From: a virus
Lineage: Duplodnaviria; Caudoviricetes
Length of the DNA stretch: 37,168 nucleotides
Virus record (IMG/VR): IMGVR_UViG_3300005931_000036
Span: 1-37,168 of that record
Direction: 5' to 3' (one strand)
Positions 1 to 9,267 of this stretch are shown here, piece by piece (the stretch's first letter is position 1; every line of letters starts with the position of its first letter). The translations under genes and the position numbers were made by a program. Under the pieces are notes generated by a model. It ran no database searches. It was not told where the DNA came from and saw nothing but the letters and a program-made list of their open reading frames with translations.

Positions 1-1091
1 GCAGGTTCTACTGTAGATCCATCGCTTACCGCCACATCATCTATTTCAGATGAAGACTCTACTTTTTTACCAAAGTAAGACTCTTTAAGAGTTGATACCT
101 TAGTTTTAAAATCTTCTTCATTTGAATACTCAACTTCTTCAGCAAGTTTGTTAAATTTCTCCTTAGCAGTATCAGCTAAATCAGAAGACGATTCATCAAT
201 GATGTCTTGTCTTTTTAATTCGCCAATTGCTTTGTTTTGTTCAACATTCTTTGTTATTTGCTCATTAAGTTTTGCTTCAAGGTTTTCAATCTTAGTCGCT
301 TGATCTTCAAGCACATTATATTTTTCATCTGGAACATCTATGTAATGATCTTCAAATAACTTTTTAAGACCACCGATAAAGTCCTCAGCAATTTCACCTT
401 TGATTCCACGCTCTATTGCTAGTTTGTTTTCTTGCATCCATTCCTCAACAACATAGTTCAGGTATGAATCCACTTTTTCAACTAACTCAGATTTTGTAGT
501 ATCAACTTCTTCTTTTAATTTTTCCTCGTAAGACGCATGCATCTTCTTCTTAGCTTCTGAAACTTTTGATTTCACTGCTGCTTCAAAGATAGTCGCTGCC
601 TTAGATTTAAAATCTTCAGATAAGTCTTCGTCTTTAGTTAAAGCTTCAACATCTGCAGATATGTCAATAGTGTCTTCATCAGACTCTTCTTTCATATCTT
701 TTTTGTCTTTATGAGCATCCTCTTTCTTCTCTTTATCTTGCGATTTTTTAAGAGCGTCTAGAGCAGCTTTAGGCATTTCGCCTTCTTTAACTTCCGATTT
801 CTTCTCATCTGCCGTGTCATCTTTCTGGTCTTCTTCCTTAAGCTTAGGCATTGCATCAGCAGCACCTTGATTAGCTTGTGGAGCTTGTCCAGAGATTTGA
901 CTTGTTTTCTTTGTGGCGTCAGGATTGCTGTCTGTTGGTTTTACAACAGCAGGACCTAAATCTTCAGCACTATTAGATAGTGGAGAAGGCTCAGCCGCTA
1001 CAGCATTCTTTTTTGGAGCGTCTGCTTGTGGATTAATTGCTTCCACTACCGCTTCCTGTTCCATCGCCTCAATATTTTTTTGTTCGGCCAT
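1..1091 (-). CDS. gp22: Prohead core scaffold protein (T4 gp22-like), truncated at window edge
   Basis: Not in ORF track. Hand translation from ATG at 1091 (SD AGGAG) gives MAEQKNIEAMEQ...LSEDFKSKAATIFEAAV...VEKVDSYLNYVVEEWMQENKLAIERGIKGEIAEDFIGGLKKLFEDHYIDVPDEK, typical of gp22; directly follows gp21. Confidence 0.95.
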   Translation of the reverse strand, partial: MAEQKNIEAMEQEAVVEAINPQADAPKKNAVAAEPSPLSNSAEDLGPAVVKPTDSNPDATKKTSQISGQAPQANQGAADAMPKLKEEDQKDDTADEKKSEVKEGEMPKAALDALKKSQDKEKKEDAHKDKKDMKEESDEDTIDISADVEALTKDEDLSEDFKSKAATIFEAAVKSKVSEAKKKMHASYEEKLKEEVDTTKSELVEKVDSYLNYVVEEWMQENKLAIERGIKGEIAEDFIGGLKKLFEDHYIDVPDEKYNVLEDQATKIENLEAKLNEQITKNVEQNKAIGELKRQDIIDESSSDLADTAKEKFNKLAEEVEYSNEEDFKTKVSTLKESYFGKKVESSSEIDDVAVSDGSTVEP

Positions 1092-1110
1092 TAGAAATCT
1101 CCTTTGATTT

Positions 1111-1130
1111 ATTTATTAAGCTTAATAAAT
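1111..1130. repeat. Perfect 20-bp palindrome in gp22 leader
   Basis: ATTTATTAAG|CTTAATAAAT, between the late promoter and the SD of gp22. Confidence 0.9.
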
Positions 1131-1145
1131 TTCCTTTGTATTGGA

Positions 1146-1153
1146 TATTTATA
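1146..1153 (-). promoter_or_regulatory. T4-type late promoter (gp22)
   Basis: TATAAATA on minus strand, intergenic upstream of gp22. Confidence 0.88.
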
Positions 1154-1156
1154 AGA

Positions 1157-1801
1157 TTACAGTTTTTTAAGAAATGATTTGAATATGTCTAGTTTTTTTT
1201 CTTCTAGGACAGTTCTCTTTGCCTCTTGGATTTGTCTTTTCCAAGCTTCAATATCTACTTGTTTAAGAACACCACTGTCCCAAATCCACTCTCTACTCTC
1301 CATAATACCCTCTACGAAGGCGTCTGGAGCTGATGGATCTGCCACAATATCAGCCGCTGTGGCTAGATAAAAGTCGTCTTTTACAAAATTAATTCCATTT
1401 CTACTTATTATAGAACCCATACCTCTACTAGAAACTCCTAGTTGAGCGCCCTCATCAATAAGACCTTTTACAATCTTACCATAAGGTGTGTCCATAATTT
1501 TTGCTTCACCAACAAAATTGTCTCCATCTGGTGTTAAACTTTTCACCATATGACAAACTCTTTCCAAGTTTACCGTTGGTCCATCAGGGTGTCCTAACTC
1601 GCCAAAAGCTCTATTTTTATTGATAAATTCTTTTGTATATCTATTCACTTCTCTAACCATGATTTCTCTAGGATAGACTCTTCCATTTCTATTTTTGATA
1701 TTTGATTGTAAGAATATACCTTTGATTTTATATTCTTTCTTGCCATTCACTTCTTCAGTGATATAATCGGCTGATACTACTTCTTCTGAAATTAATTTCA
1801 T
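1157..1801 (-). CDS. gp21: Prohead protease (T4 gp21-like)
   Basis: 214 aa with KNRNGRVYP, GELGHP, LGVSSRG and DIVADPSAPDAFV motifs. Confidence 0.97.
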   Translation of the reverse strand: MKLISEEVVSADYITEEVNGKKEYKIKGIFLQSNIKNRNGRVYPREIMVREVNRYTKEFINKNRAFGELGHPDGPTVNLERVCHMVKSLTPDGDNFVGEAKIMDTPYGKIVKGLIDEGAQLGVSSRGMGSIISRNGINFVKDDFYLATAADIVADPSAPDAFVEGIMESREWIWDSGVLKQVDIEAWKRQIQEAKRTVLEEKKLDIFKSFLKKL

Positions 1802-1822
1802 AAATTCTCTCTCTTTGTCTAA

Positions 1823-1830
1823 TATTTATA
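1823..1830 (-). promoter_or_regulatory. T4-type late promoter (gp21)
   Basis: TATAAATA 21 nt upstream of the gp21 ATG. Confidence 0.88.
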
Positions 1831-1837
1831 AACTTTA

Positions 1838-2230
1838 TTACCTAAACTCTACAATAATCGTATAATTATCACCAGTGACAAAATCTTTTGTAGATAATAA
1901 AATATCTCCTGTAGGCGTTGTAGCATTGTTCGCTACTTCGTTTCCAGCAGTTCTTAAATCCCAATAACCATTACCAGACAACAATAAAGCAGTGGCAGTT
2001 GTTGCGCCATCCCATAGTATTTCTACTCCAGCTTTGTTATTATTTGTGTTAATTGAGTACCAAATTTTTGATATTTTTCTATTACCATCTTCAGTCATAA
2101 AAGTTAATTCTGAAGCATCTACTTTTTTTACTAGTGTTTCACCAGTTCCATCGGATAAATTTGTAAGTTTCGCTACAAATTTGACACCTGAAGTATCTGA
2201 TATTGTTTGTGATGTGACTGTATCTGCCAT
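1838..2230 (-). CDS. Hypothetical beta-rich virion/head protein, paralog of 2230..2592
   Basis: 130 aa, TAATG-coupled to upstream gene; shares LSGxG and GDILLS motifs with its neighbour. Confidence 0.8.
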   Translation of the reverse strand: MADTVTSQTISDTSGVKFVAKLTNLSDGTGETLVKKVDASELTFMTEDGNRKISKIWYSINTNNNKAGVEILWDGATTATALLLSGNGYWDLRTAGNEVANNATTPTGDILLSTKDFVTGDNYTIIVEFR

Positions 2231-2592
2231 TAGTTATATCCTGTTTCTTTATGTGCTTCTATTACGACATTATACTTTGTCACATTAGAATCACTGGATA
2301 GAAGTATATCTCCTATCGCATCTTTTATTTTTTCTTCAGTAGGTTTCAAACCATAATTACCACGACCTGATAACTCTACTTTTTTTTCTGTGTCGTTCTT
2401 AAAAAACACAGTAATTGTACCTGTACCTTGTATCTCGTAAACAATATTTGCTACGGATACTTTAGGTTCTGAACTTGCTTTATTTGAGTTTACAACATCA
2501 ATTAAAGTTTGTTCTTCTTCTTTCCCAATACCATTTGAGTTAACAATGATATGAAAATCATTATCAACTAACTTTGTAGTTGATATAGTCAT
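2230..2592 (-). CDS. Hypothetical beta-rich virion/head protein, paralog of 1838..2230
   Basis: 120 aa tightly packed in head module; LSGRG and GDILLS motifs. Confidence 0.8.
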   Translation of the reverse strand: MTISTTKLVDNDFHIIVNSNGIGKEEEQTLIDVVNSNKASSEPKVSVANIVYEIQGTGTITVFFKNDTEKKVELSGRGNYGLKPTEEKIKDAIGDILLSSDSNVTKYNVVIEAHKETGYN

Positions 2593-2594
2593 AA

Positions 2595-2846
2595 TTAACT
2601 TCTTGGTGATCCAACAGCTGCTGCTTTAGATGTACCACAAGTAATTTTTTCAGATGGATGCTTTTCTATAATAACAGTATCACCGTCTTCTAGGTAAAAC
2701 TCACCTATCTTTGTACTACCATTAGCTAGTTCAAGTATTCCAGTCACATCTGCAGTAGCTGTAATTCTAACAAATACCGCTCTACCAAAATCGTTATCAG
2801 AGGGATTTGTTATAATGTCGCCTTTAACTATAAAAGTCTGTGCCAT
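2595..2846 (-). CDS. Hypothetical small head-module protein
   Basis: 83 aa, SD AGGAG within the end of the upstream gene, tight packing. Confidence 0.8.
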   Translation of the reverse strand: MAQTFIVKGDIITNPSDNDFGRAVFVRITATADVTGILELANGSTKIGEFYLEDGDTVIIEKHPSEKITCGTSKAAAVGSPRS

Positions 2847-2847
2847 G

Positions 2848-3090
2848 TTATTCTTCTCCTAATTGTTCTATTAATTCTTTATCAAAATAATCATAAAATT
2901 TATGTTTGTTAATATTATGAAATTCTGATACTTTATTAACAGAATTTTCAAACTTCTCAATAATATTTCCAGTTTCTTTTTCAATCAACTTTATTATATC
3001 ACCAACTGCTTCTTTCATCAACGGTGATAACTCATTGAAACTGTTTGAATCTATTACTAGATTCTCTTTTACTAATTTACTGACCTGCAT
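2848..3090 (-). CDS. Small head-module protein, possibly a gp68-like prohead core component
   Basis: 80 aa helical protein overlapping the upstream gene by 14 nt; identity inferred from position between gp20 and gp21 only. Confidence 0.6.
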   Translation of the reverse strand: MQVSKLVKENLVIDSNSFNELSPLMKEAVGDIIKLIEKETGNIIEKFENSVNKVSEFHNINKHKFYDYFDKELIEQLGEE

Positions 3091-3379
3091 CCTCTTGTCC
3101 TTGTGGTGTTAAGTCTATTTGTGCTTCACCATCTTGGCCTAGAGCTCCAGCTACAGAACCATCTGGATTGAAACTACCGGGTTCAGCAATTTCAGGTTTT
3201 GGGTCGCTATGAGATTCTGCGTCAAGTGTTCCATTAAACAAATTACTAGCAACTTCTTTTCTTTGACCATCTAACGAATCACCTACTTTAACTCTTAACG
3301 CATCTTTGAATGCATCTCCAGCCGAAGCGTTGTCGCCATTTGCTATTTGATCTATAAAACTTTTTACTTCTTCACTCAT
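3077..3379 (-). CDS. Prohead core protein, gp67-like
   Basis: 100 aa acidic protein immediately after the portal gene; FIDQIANGD...AFKDAL...KVGDSLD...RKEVASNLF fits the gp67-like pattern; SD AGGAG. Confidence 0.7.
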   Translation of the reverse strand: MSEEVKSFIDQIANGDNASAGDAFKDALRVKVGDSLDGQRKEVASNLFNGTLDAESHSDPKPEIAEPGSFNPDGSVAGALGQDGEAQIDLTPQGQEDAGQ

Positions 3380-3389
3380 TTTATTACTC

Positions 3390-4919
3390 CTATGTTAAAT
3401 CGTCACTATCTGTGACTTGAGCCATTGGGTCTTGGATAACTTTAGATTTAATTTCTTTTCTAATTTGTCTATCCATATCTTCAATTTCTCTTTCATTTTG
3501 TTTTAATACATGCTTTCGCACATACTCTACTGAGAAGAATTTACCAATGTAATCTCTCATCTCGTTTGCCAATGCTAATCTCTCTCTTAACAATTCAGTT
3601 TGTTTAAGTTCAGCAAAGTGGCCATCTTGTAGAAAATCATATTGTAAACAATCTCTAACTGTATACCAATCTGTTTCAGCGATAATACCTTTTAAGACTA
3701 ATTGTGTTCTTAAAATATCATTGAACAGTTCAGTAAATTTCTTTCTTAATCTTTGTACAAACTTCGTAAATTTCAATTCATCTCTTGTAATTTCTGAAGC
3801 TCTACCTAGATTAAAACCTTGAGAAGCTTCTAATCTACTTGTTGGTACATTCAATGATCTATAAAGTTTAGCTCTAAAATATTCAATATCTGCTATCTCA
3901 CCTAGATTTTGACCGCCAGGCAAAGTAGTAATATCAGTACCTCTTCCACCCTCTCTACTTGGTAGCCAGAAGTCTTCCAACATTGACATATAATTTCTGT
4001 CATCTTTTATTTCTCCTGTTCCAGCGTCATAGACAAGTTTATTTCTATATCTTGCCATAACATCTCTTAAATATTGTTCAGCTTTTGCCTTAGGCAAATT
4101 ACCTACATCAATCTTAAATATTCTTCTTTCAGGTGCTCTAGCTATACGATAGATCACTGCTGAATCTTCAATCATTCTTAATTGATTAACAGGTTTAATC
4201 GCCTTATGTAAATAAGACAATACCATGTTTTTGTTTTGGTCAATTAATCCTGATGCACAGAAAGCGATTGTATCTGGTGCTATCTTAATACCAGATTGAC
4301 CAGTTGTACCTGATAAACCTCTTTCGTTATATAAAAAGTATTCAATATATTCATCAACAACAGCTAAACTGTTTAGTGATGATGGCATTGGAGTGTCAGG
4401 TCTTTTCTTCCTAACTTCTCTAATCTTTTTGATCTTTCTAGGATCAATATACTTTAATTCTGTTATACCTTTTTTAGGACTTTCTCTATCAATGACCTTT
4501 TGAAAAAAGATCCTTCCATCAACATACCACCTTCTAAAAAGGTCATGTCCTTTTGTATTGAAATTCATTAACTTCAACACTTCTCTAAACTCGTCTTCTA
4601 TCTTACCTCTAACTTCTTTTCCATAAGGTAAGTCAGTTAAATTCACTCTTACTGCATCTTTCAATTCATTAGCAACAATAGCCTCATTGACAATATCTTC
4701 TATCGCCATATCACATTCAGGGTGTAAAGCTATTTCTCTATATCTACGAACTAGGTCCTGCTCTGTCTTCGCAGTACCTTCCATGTCAAGGTATGATCCA
4801 AAGTGTCCTCCAGCATTGACCGTTTGTGTACCGTCATCTGCTTGAGCTGTTGTAAACGCTTGTTTTGGATCAGCTTGTTTCTTTAGTTTTGTTATTGAAA
4901 AGCCGAATAGTTCTGCCAT
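3390..4919 (-). CDS. gp20: Portal vertex protein
   Basis: 509 aa with FRRWYVDGR, YLHKAIKPVNQL, IYRIARAPERRIF, MLEDFWLP.REGGRGT and ITRDELKF motifs. Confidence 0.99.
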   Translation of the reverse strand: MAELFGFSITKLKKQADPKQAFTTAQADDGTQTVNAGGHFGSYLDMEGTAKTEQDLVRRYREIALHPECDMAIEDIVNEAIVANELKDAVRVNLTDLPYGKEVRGKIEDEFREVLKLMNFNTKGHDLFRRWYVDGRIFFQKVIDRESPKKGITELKYIDPRKIKKIREVRKKRPDTPMPSSLNSLAVVDEYIEYFLYNERGLSGTTGQSGIKIAPDTIAFCASGLIDQNKNMVLSYLHKAIKPVNQLRMIEDSAVIYRIARAPERRIFKIDVGNLPKAKAEQYLRDVMARYRNKLVYDAGTGEIKDDRNYMSMLEDFWLPSREGGRGTDITTLPGGQNLGEIADIEYFRAKLYRSLNVPTSRLEASQGFNLGRASEITRDELKFTKFVQRLRKKFTELFNDILRTQLVLKGIIAETDWYTVRDCLQYDFLQDGHFAELKQTELLRERLALANEMRDYIGKFFSVEYVRKHVLKQNEREIEDMDRQIRKEIKSKVIQDPMAQVTDSDDLT

Positions 4920-4938
4920 AATAATCTCCTTGTACTAC

Positions 4939-4946
4939 TACTTATA
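4939..4946 (-). promoter_or_regulatory. Variant late promoter TATAAGTA (gp20)
   Basis: One mismatch to TATAAATA; lies between the terminator and the gp20 SD (AAGGAG). Confidence 0.7.
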
Positions 4947-4952
4947 ATGGAT

Positions 4953-4978
4953 TTAAAAGAGGGGCTTAGCGCCCCTCT
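4953..4978 (-). terminator. Intrinsic terminator after gp19
   Basis: Minus strand AGAGGGGC-GCTAA-GCCCCTCT followed by a short T run. Confidence 0.85.
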
Positions 4979-4992
4979 AGTATATCTAATTA

Positions 4993-5520
4993 TTAAGTTG
5001 TAGTATTTGTTTCAAAATACTGGTACGCAAACTCAACAGAAAAAGTTTCAACTTCTCCTTTTTGATCGTAGTCTAAAGCTATTTCAGCTAAAGATATTGG
5101 GTACGCACCTCTTAAAGTATAAGACTTAATTGTATTACCGTTTCTATCTAAATGATCAACGAATGCATCAACTTGATAGTCAACAGGATTTGTTAATCCT
5201 TCATTGTCAGTCATGTTGTTGATTCCATTTTGCCATCTTTCAAATGCGTTTCTTAATTTGAAATTTGTATCATTTAATACTGTGATAGACCAATTTGGTA
5301 TTGTTCTATCGCCAGCGATCTTAACAGCTCTTCCTCTAAAATTAACATCAATATTTTCAATTGACATTCCAGGAATAGCAGCTGATCTACATAAAAACGC
5401 TAGGTCTTCTATTTCTCCACCAACTTGAGCATAACCAGGGAAAGGCATTGTCACCTTAAACTGATTGGCACGAGCGCCACCGCCTGCAAGTTTAGCTTTG
5501 AAGTCATTTATGTTTGCCAT
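4993..5520 (-). CDS. gp19: Tail tube protein
   Basis: 175 aa with GGARANQF, FRGRAVKIAGDRT..NWSITVLND and YTLRGAYP motifs; follows the sheath gene. Confidence 0.97.
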   Translation of the reverse strand: MANINDFKAKLAGGGARANQFKVTMPFPGYAQVGGEIEDLAFLCRSAAIPGMSIENIDVNFRGRAVKIAGDRTIPNWSITVLNDTNFKLRNAFERWQNGINNMTDNEGLTNPVDYQVDAFVDHLDRNGNTIKSYTLRGAYPISLAEIALDYDQKGEVETFSVEFAYQYFETNTTT

Positions 5521-5541
5521 TTTTTATTTCTCCTCTACTAA

Positions 5542-7485
5542 TTAACCGCCAGCGACTTCTTCAAAAGCCACGCCAGTTCTTGTTGCGATGAATTGTAATG
5601 TAATAAAGTTGATTGATCTTGTTGGTTTAACAAAGATCTCAGCTATAAACTCATTTCTATCAATTACTTCACCTGTGTTGTTAGTTTCATCACATACTAC
5701 TAAAAAGTCTGTGATACCTCGTCTGCCTTGTACTTCTCTTAGGAAAGGCTCAACTATGTTTCTAAAGTTTGCTCTTGTAAATTCATCATTGAACTCAAAA
5801 AGTTGAAATTTAGAAGCTGTTGAGATAGCCTTTTCCAATGTAATGAATAATCTTCTTACATTGATTCTATCAAAAGCACTTGGTGAACTTAATCCAGTTT
5901 TATCACCGAAAAGAACTGTACCTTGACCTGGGAAAGTTGACACAGGGTTAACTCTGCTAGGGTAAAGTTGATCTCTTTGGGATTTAGTTGGATTGTATGC
6001 TAGTTTAACTGCGCCTCTTACTATACCTCTGTTTAATCCAGCGGGAGAGTACCAAGCGTCAGCAACTAAATCAGTTCTTGCTGCTAATCCAGCAATATCA
6101 CCATTTAATGGAACAAATCTGTAAACATCATTGTATCTGTCATAACAATATTTGTATCCACTATCAAATACAACATATGAACTTGATCTAATACTATCAA
6201 AGAAACCGATAACATTAGTAGTTTGTGTATTTGAGTTAGTGATATTAACTACATCTGCTCTTTGTGGTGAAGCAAAAACGATTGCATCTTTTCTATTCTC
6301 TGCAAGAGTGATTAGATTATCAACATGCGTTGAACTTCCACTTGGGCCTGTAATTATTAAACCTACATCAACTGTTTCAGCGTCTGAAAACTTTTCATAA
6401 GCTGTTTTTAATTGACCAGCAGTCACAGAAGAGCCATCAGCTCCAGCTGTAAGTGATTCAGAAGTTGGTGAAGTCACAGAAGTATAGGTTGTACCTGTTG
6501 CTGCTGTTCCCCAATTAGTTCCTGAAGCGTTGTGATCAGTCCAGTAAATGTATTGTGATTTATTTTTGATTACTGTTGGATAGTAGTTTGTGTCTCCTTG
6601 CGGAGTTTTTGCGTCAGATGCTTTAGATACTTTAGAAAAAGTTTCAATAACTGCTCCTGGAGTACCTGAAATACCACCGTCTTCATCAATGACTACTACA
6701 TGGATTTCATCGCCTGAGCCACTTCTATCTGAAGCCCATGCTGATGTTCCTGGAGCGCCATCTACTGAATCGTAATACTTCCATCTTCTTTTTATTCTTG
6801 CGTCATCTGCAATAGCCGTTTGAACACCACCAGCTCCTCTAGGGTGTTGTACTAAAGTTATTGAAGTCGCAGCTACTGCTGTCAATCTATACTTTTCGCC
6901 AGAAGTAAAATCTACTCCTCCGCCAGTTGTAGAGAACTCAATAATGTCACCTACATTTAAATATGTAGTTGCATCTGAATCCATAGTGATTGATGTATCG
7001 CCAACAGCGACATCAGCTTGATCTATTTGTTCTGCAGTTGTTGTTGTAGCTTCGTAAGCTGCTGCTGATGGACAAGTTGCAACTTGTAGGTTATTACCCC
7101 AACTTCCACCACTTTTTGCTGTGAAAGTTATTGCGGTTGCTTGACCAGAAGCATAGTTATTTTCGTAGTCGTCATCATTTTTGATTAAAATACTTGAACC
7201 TGAAGTATTTGCATTCGTTAATGATGTATTTTGGGCTCGTACTACTCTTAATGCGTTAGAGTACGCCAAGAAGTTAGCAGCTGAAAAAAAATACTCAAAG
7301 TTTGTTGAGTCTGGTTTTCCAAATGTTTCTACTAATTCTTGTTCACTAGAAATTGCTACGATTTCGTCAACTGGACCTTTTGCGAATTGACCTGCAAAGG
7401 CTCCGATTGATGTTGAGACCGCAGGAATAATTCTACTTAAATCTTTTTCCTGTACGAGAACACCTGGTGATACTTGAAATGCCAT
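5542..7485 (-). CDS. gp18: Tail sheath protein
   Basis: 647 aa with SPGVLVQEKD, WYSPAGLNRG, FDRINVRRLF and VVCDETNNT motifs. Confidence 0.99.
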   Translation of the reverse strand: MAFQVSPGVLVQEKDLSRIIPAVSTSIGAFAGQFAKGPVDEIVAISSEQELVETFGKPDSTNFEYFFSAANFLAYSNALRVVRAQNTSLTNANTSGSSILIKNDDDYENNYASGQATAITFTAKSGGSWGNNLQVATCPSAAAYEATTTTAEQIDQADVAVGDTSITMDSDATTYLNVGDIIEFSTTGGGVDFTSGEKYRLTAVAATSITLVQHPRGAGGVQTAIADDARIKRRWKYYDSVDGAPGTSAWASDRSGSGDEIHVVVIDEDGGISGTPGAVIETFSKVSKASDAKTPQGDTNYYPTVIKNKSQYIYWTDHNASGTNWGTAATGTTYTSVTSPTSESLTAGADGSSVTAGQLKTAYEKFSDAETVDVGLIITGPSGSSTHVDNLITLAENRKDAIVFASPQRADVVNITNSNTQTTNVIGFFDSIRSSSYVVFDSGYKYCYDRYNDVYRFVPLNGDIAGLAARTDLVADAWYSPAGLNRGIVRGAVKLAYNPTKSQRDQLYPSRVNPVSTFPGQGTVLFGDKTGLSSPSAFDRINVRRLFITLEKAISTASKFQLFEFNDEFTRANFRNIVEPFLREVQGRRGITDFLVVCDETNNTGEVIDRNEFIAEIFVKPTRSINFITLQFIATRTGVAFEEVAGG

Positions 7486-7581
7486 AGGTTGTTTCTCCTC
7501 TTTAATTAGCTAATTATCATTTTTAATTTATCAAAATCCGTAAGTTTTCTTACGACCATATTCAATTTTATCAGTTGTAGA

Positions 7582-7589
7582 TATTTATA
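7582..7589 (-). promoter_or_regulatory. T4-type late promoter (gp18), with ~90-nt leader
   Basis: TATAAATA between the gp17 stop and the gp18 start. Confidence 0.88.
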
Positions 7590-7608
7590 ATAACAAAAAA
7601 TTGTAGTT

Positions 7609-9264
7609 TTATTGACCCTTTCGGACTGCTGGATACCAACGAGTACCATACTCGTCAATAGTTTCTTCATTGGCTGGGTCACTATTGATACCATCATCTA
7701 CAAATCCAAATGGTGCCATATCTTGTTCTATAAGATTTTGTTGTTCCATGTACATCTGATTTCGTATATTTGAATCAGATAATTCCTTAAAGTACGGCTG
7801 ATTAGATAACCAACCAAATATGACTAAACACATGACTAAATCGTCATTACAGCCTTCTTCAGCCATCCAACTATTACCCTTACGACTAAATGTTGATACT
7901 TCTTCTATTATAGAGAAGTCATTGACTTGTATCTTATCACCCTCTATAAGCGTCTTAAAATTCGCACAACCAACCTTTTTTATCTGTTTTGTCATACGAA
8001 CTCCTAATGATGTACCTCTACCTGAGAACATCGCTCCAAGTATTTGACCAGCTCTACCCTTTTGAGTAGTCATCAATATATTAGGATATTCTAACTCGTA
8101 ATGCATCGCCTCTGATATAGATTGACCTAGATCATTGACTTCAATTAGTGTATGTGCTTCATTGTATGCTATTGCTGTTTGTGCTATTATGTTTGGAAAG
8201 ACAAATGGTTTGACTTCATTATTTTTGTAAGTACACACTACTTCATATGGAATCTTTTTACTGTCATCTTTTGTGACATCTATAATTATAAACGCAGAGT
8301 AATCTCTACCTGTACCTCTGGCGACATCAACACAACAAACATACATACGACCCTTTTCTGGCTTCTTAAACATCTTCAAACCATTCCTAGATTGTATTGG
8401 ATCAAAATAAGGTAAATTTTTAATCTTCGCTGGTGAGATAAGAGTATCTACTGAACCTAAAAATTCACATTCAAACTCTTGTTGAAATTGTTCCTCACTA
8501 GTATTTCTAATGGTCATCTCTTTCCATTTTTCATCTCTACCAGGAACTTCTGACCAATGAACTTCTATTGGTATATAATCATTTCTTTTATTGATAGCAT
8601 CAATCCATAATTTATAGTATTGATTCATACCATGAGGTGTAGATACAATAATCATCTTTGTCTTTGTACCAGATGAAATTGTAGGATAAACTGAACTAAA
8701 AAACATCTCTGCGATATTCGCTGGTACGAAAGCAAACTCATCAAGGAAGATTATATTATAAGAACCTCCCCGAATGGCACTTGAAGATGTGGCAGCGGCG
8801 ACTATGGTTGATTTGTTTTCTAATTCAATATTACCTTTGTTCCAATTGATTACACCTTGTTGCATCCATTTAGGTAAGTTTTCATAAGCAAGTTGTAGTC
8901 TTCCTAATATATCTCTAGCAGTTGTTGATTTGTTAGCAAGTAAAGCGATATTAGAATTAGGATTAAATAAAGCGTAATGTAAAAGATAAGAAATTGTAGT
9001 CGTTGACTTACCAGACTGTCTAGGTAATTTACAAATTGTAAATCTGTTATCATGTATAGTCTGTACAATCTTTTTTTGAAAGTCGTACATCTTAAAAGGA
9101 ACAAGACCCAAATCAAGCGATACAATACGAACATATGTCTCCATAAAGTAAATTGGATCTCCAGCACACTTTTGATATTCTAATATTTGATCTTTAGTAA
9201 ACTCTTGTGGTGTGTTTACTTTTTTAAGGTTTGGATTACCTAGATATTGGTCTTGTCCACTCAT
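7609..9264 (-). CDS. gp17: Terminase large subunit
   Basis: 551 aa; YLGNPNLK, Walker A PRQSGKS, Walker B IFLDEFAF, motif III VSTP, nuclease DVARG and DDLVM; no intein evident. Confidence 0.99.
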   Translation of the reverse strand: MSGQDQYLGNPNLKKVNTPQEFTKDQILEYQKCAGDPIYFMETYVRIVSLDLGLVPFKMYDFQKKIVQTIHDNRFTICKLPRQSGKSTTTISYLLHYALFNPNSNIALLANKSTTARDILGRLQLAYENLPKWMQQGVINWNKGNIELENKSTIVAAATSSSAIRGGSYNIIFLDEFAFVPANIAEMFFSSVYPTISSGTKTKMIIVSTPHGMNQYYKLWIDAINKRNDYIPIEVHWSEVPGRDEKWKEMTIRNTSEEQFQQEFECEFLGSVDTLISPAKIKNLPYFDPIQSRNGLKMFKKPEKGRMYVCCVDVARGTGRDYSAFIIIDVTKDDSKKIPYEVVCTYKNNEVKPFVFPNIIAQTAIAYNEAHTLIEVNDLGQSISEAMHYELEYPNILMTTQKGRAGQILGAMFSGRGTSLGVRMTKQIKKVGCANFKTLIEGDKIQVNDFSIIEEVSTFSRKGNSWMAEEGCNDDLVMCLVIFGWLSNQPYFKELSDSNIRNQMYMEQQNLIEQDMAPFGFVDDGINSDPANEETIDEYGTRWYPAVRKGQ

Positions 9265-9267
9265 CTG

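Noticed and set aside
7503-7525. Possible Fur box (AATGATAAT) in the gp18 leader
   Set aside because: Only one half-site matches; the second half does not fit the 7-1-7 inverted repeat.
7506-7697. 63-aa minus-strand ORF overlapping the end of gp17
   Set aside because: It crosses the gp17 C-terminus out of frame and spans the gp18 promoter; only the last 17 codons are kept as a possible uORF.
8904-9167. 87-aa alternative-frame ORF inside gp17
   Set aside because: Nested in a conserved gene with L/Y/I-biased off-frame composition.
3390-9264. Inteins, introns or homing endonucleases in portal, sheath or terminase
   Set aside because: Lengths are normal, reading frames are continuous, and no intein, HNH, GIY-YIG or LAGLIDADG motifs were seen.
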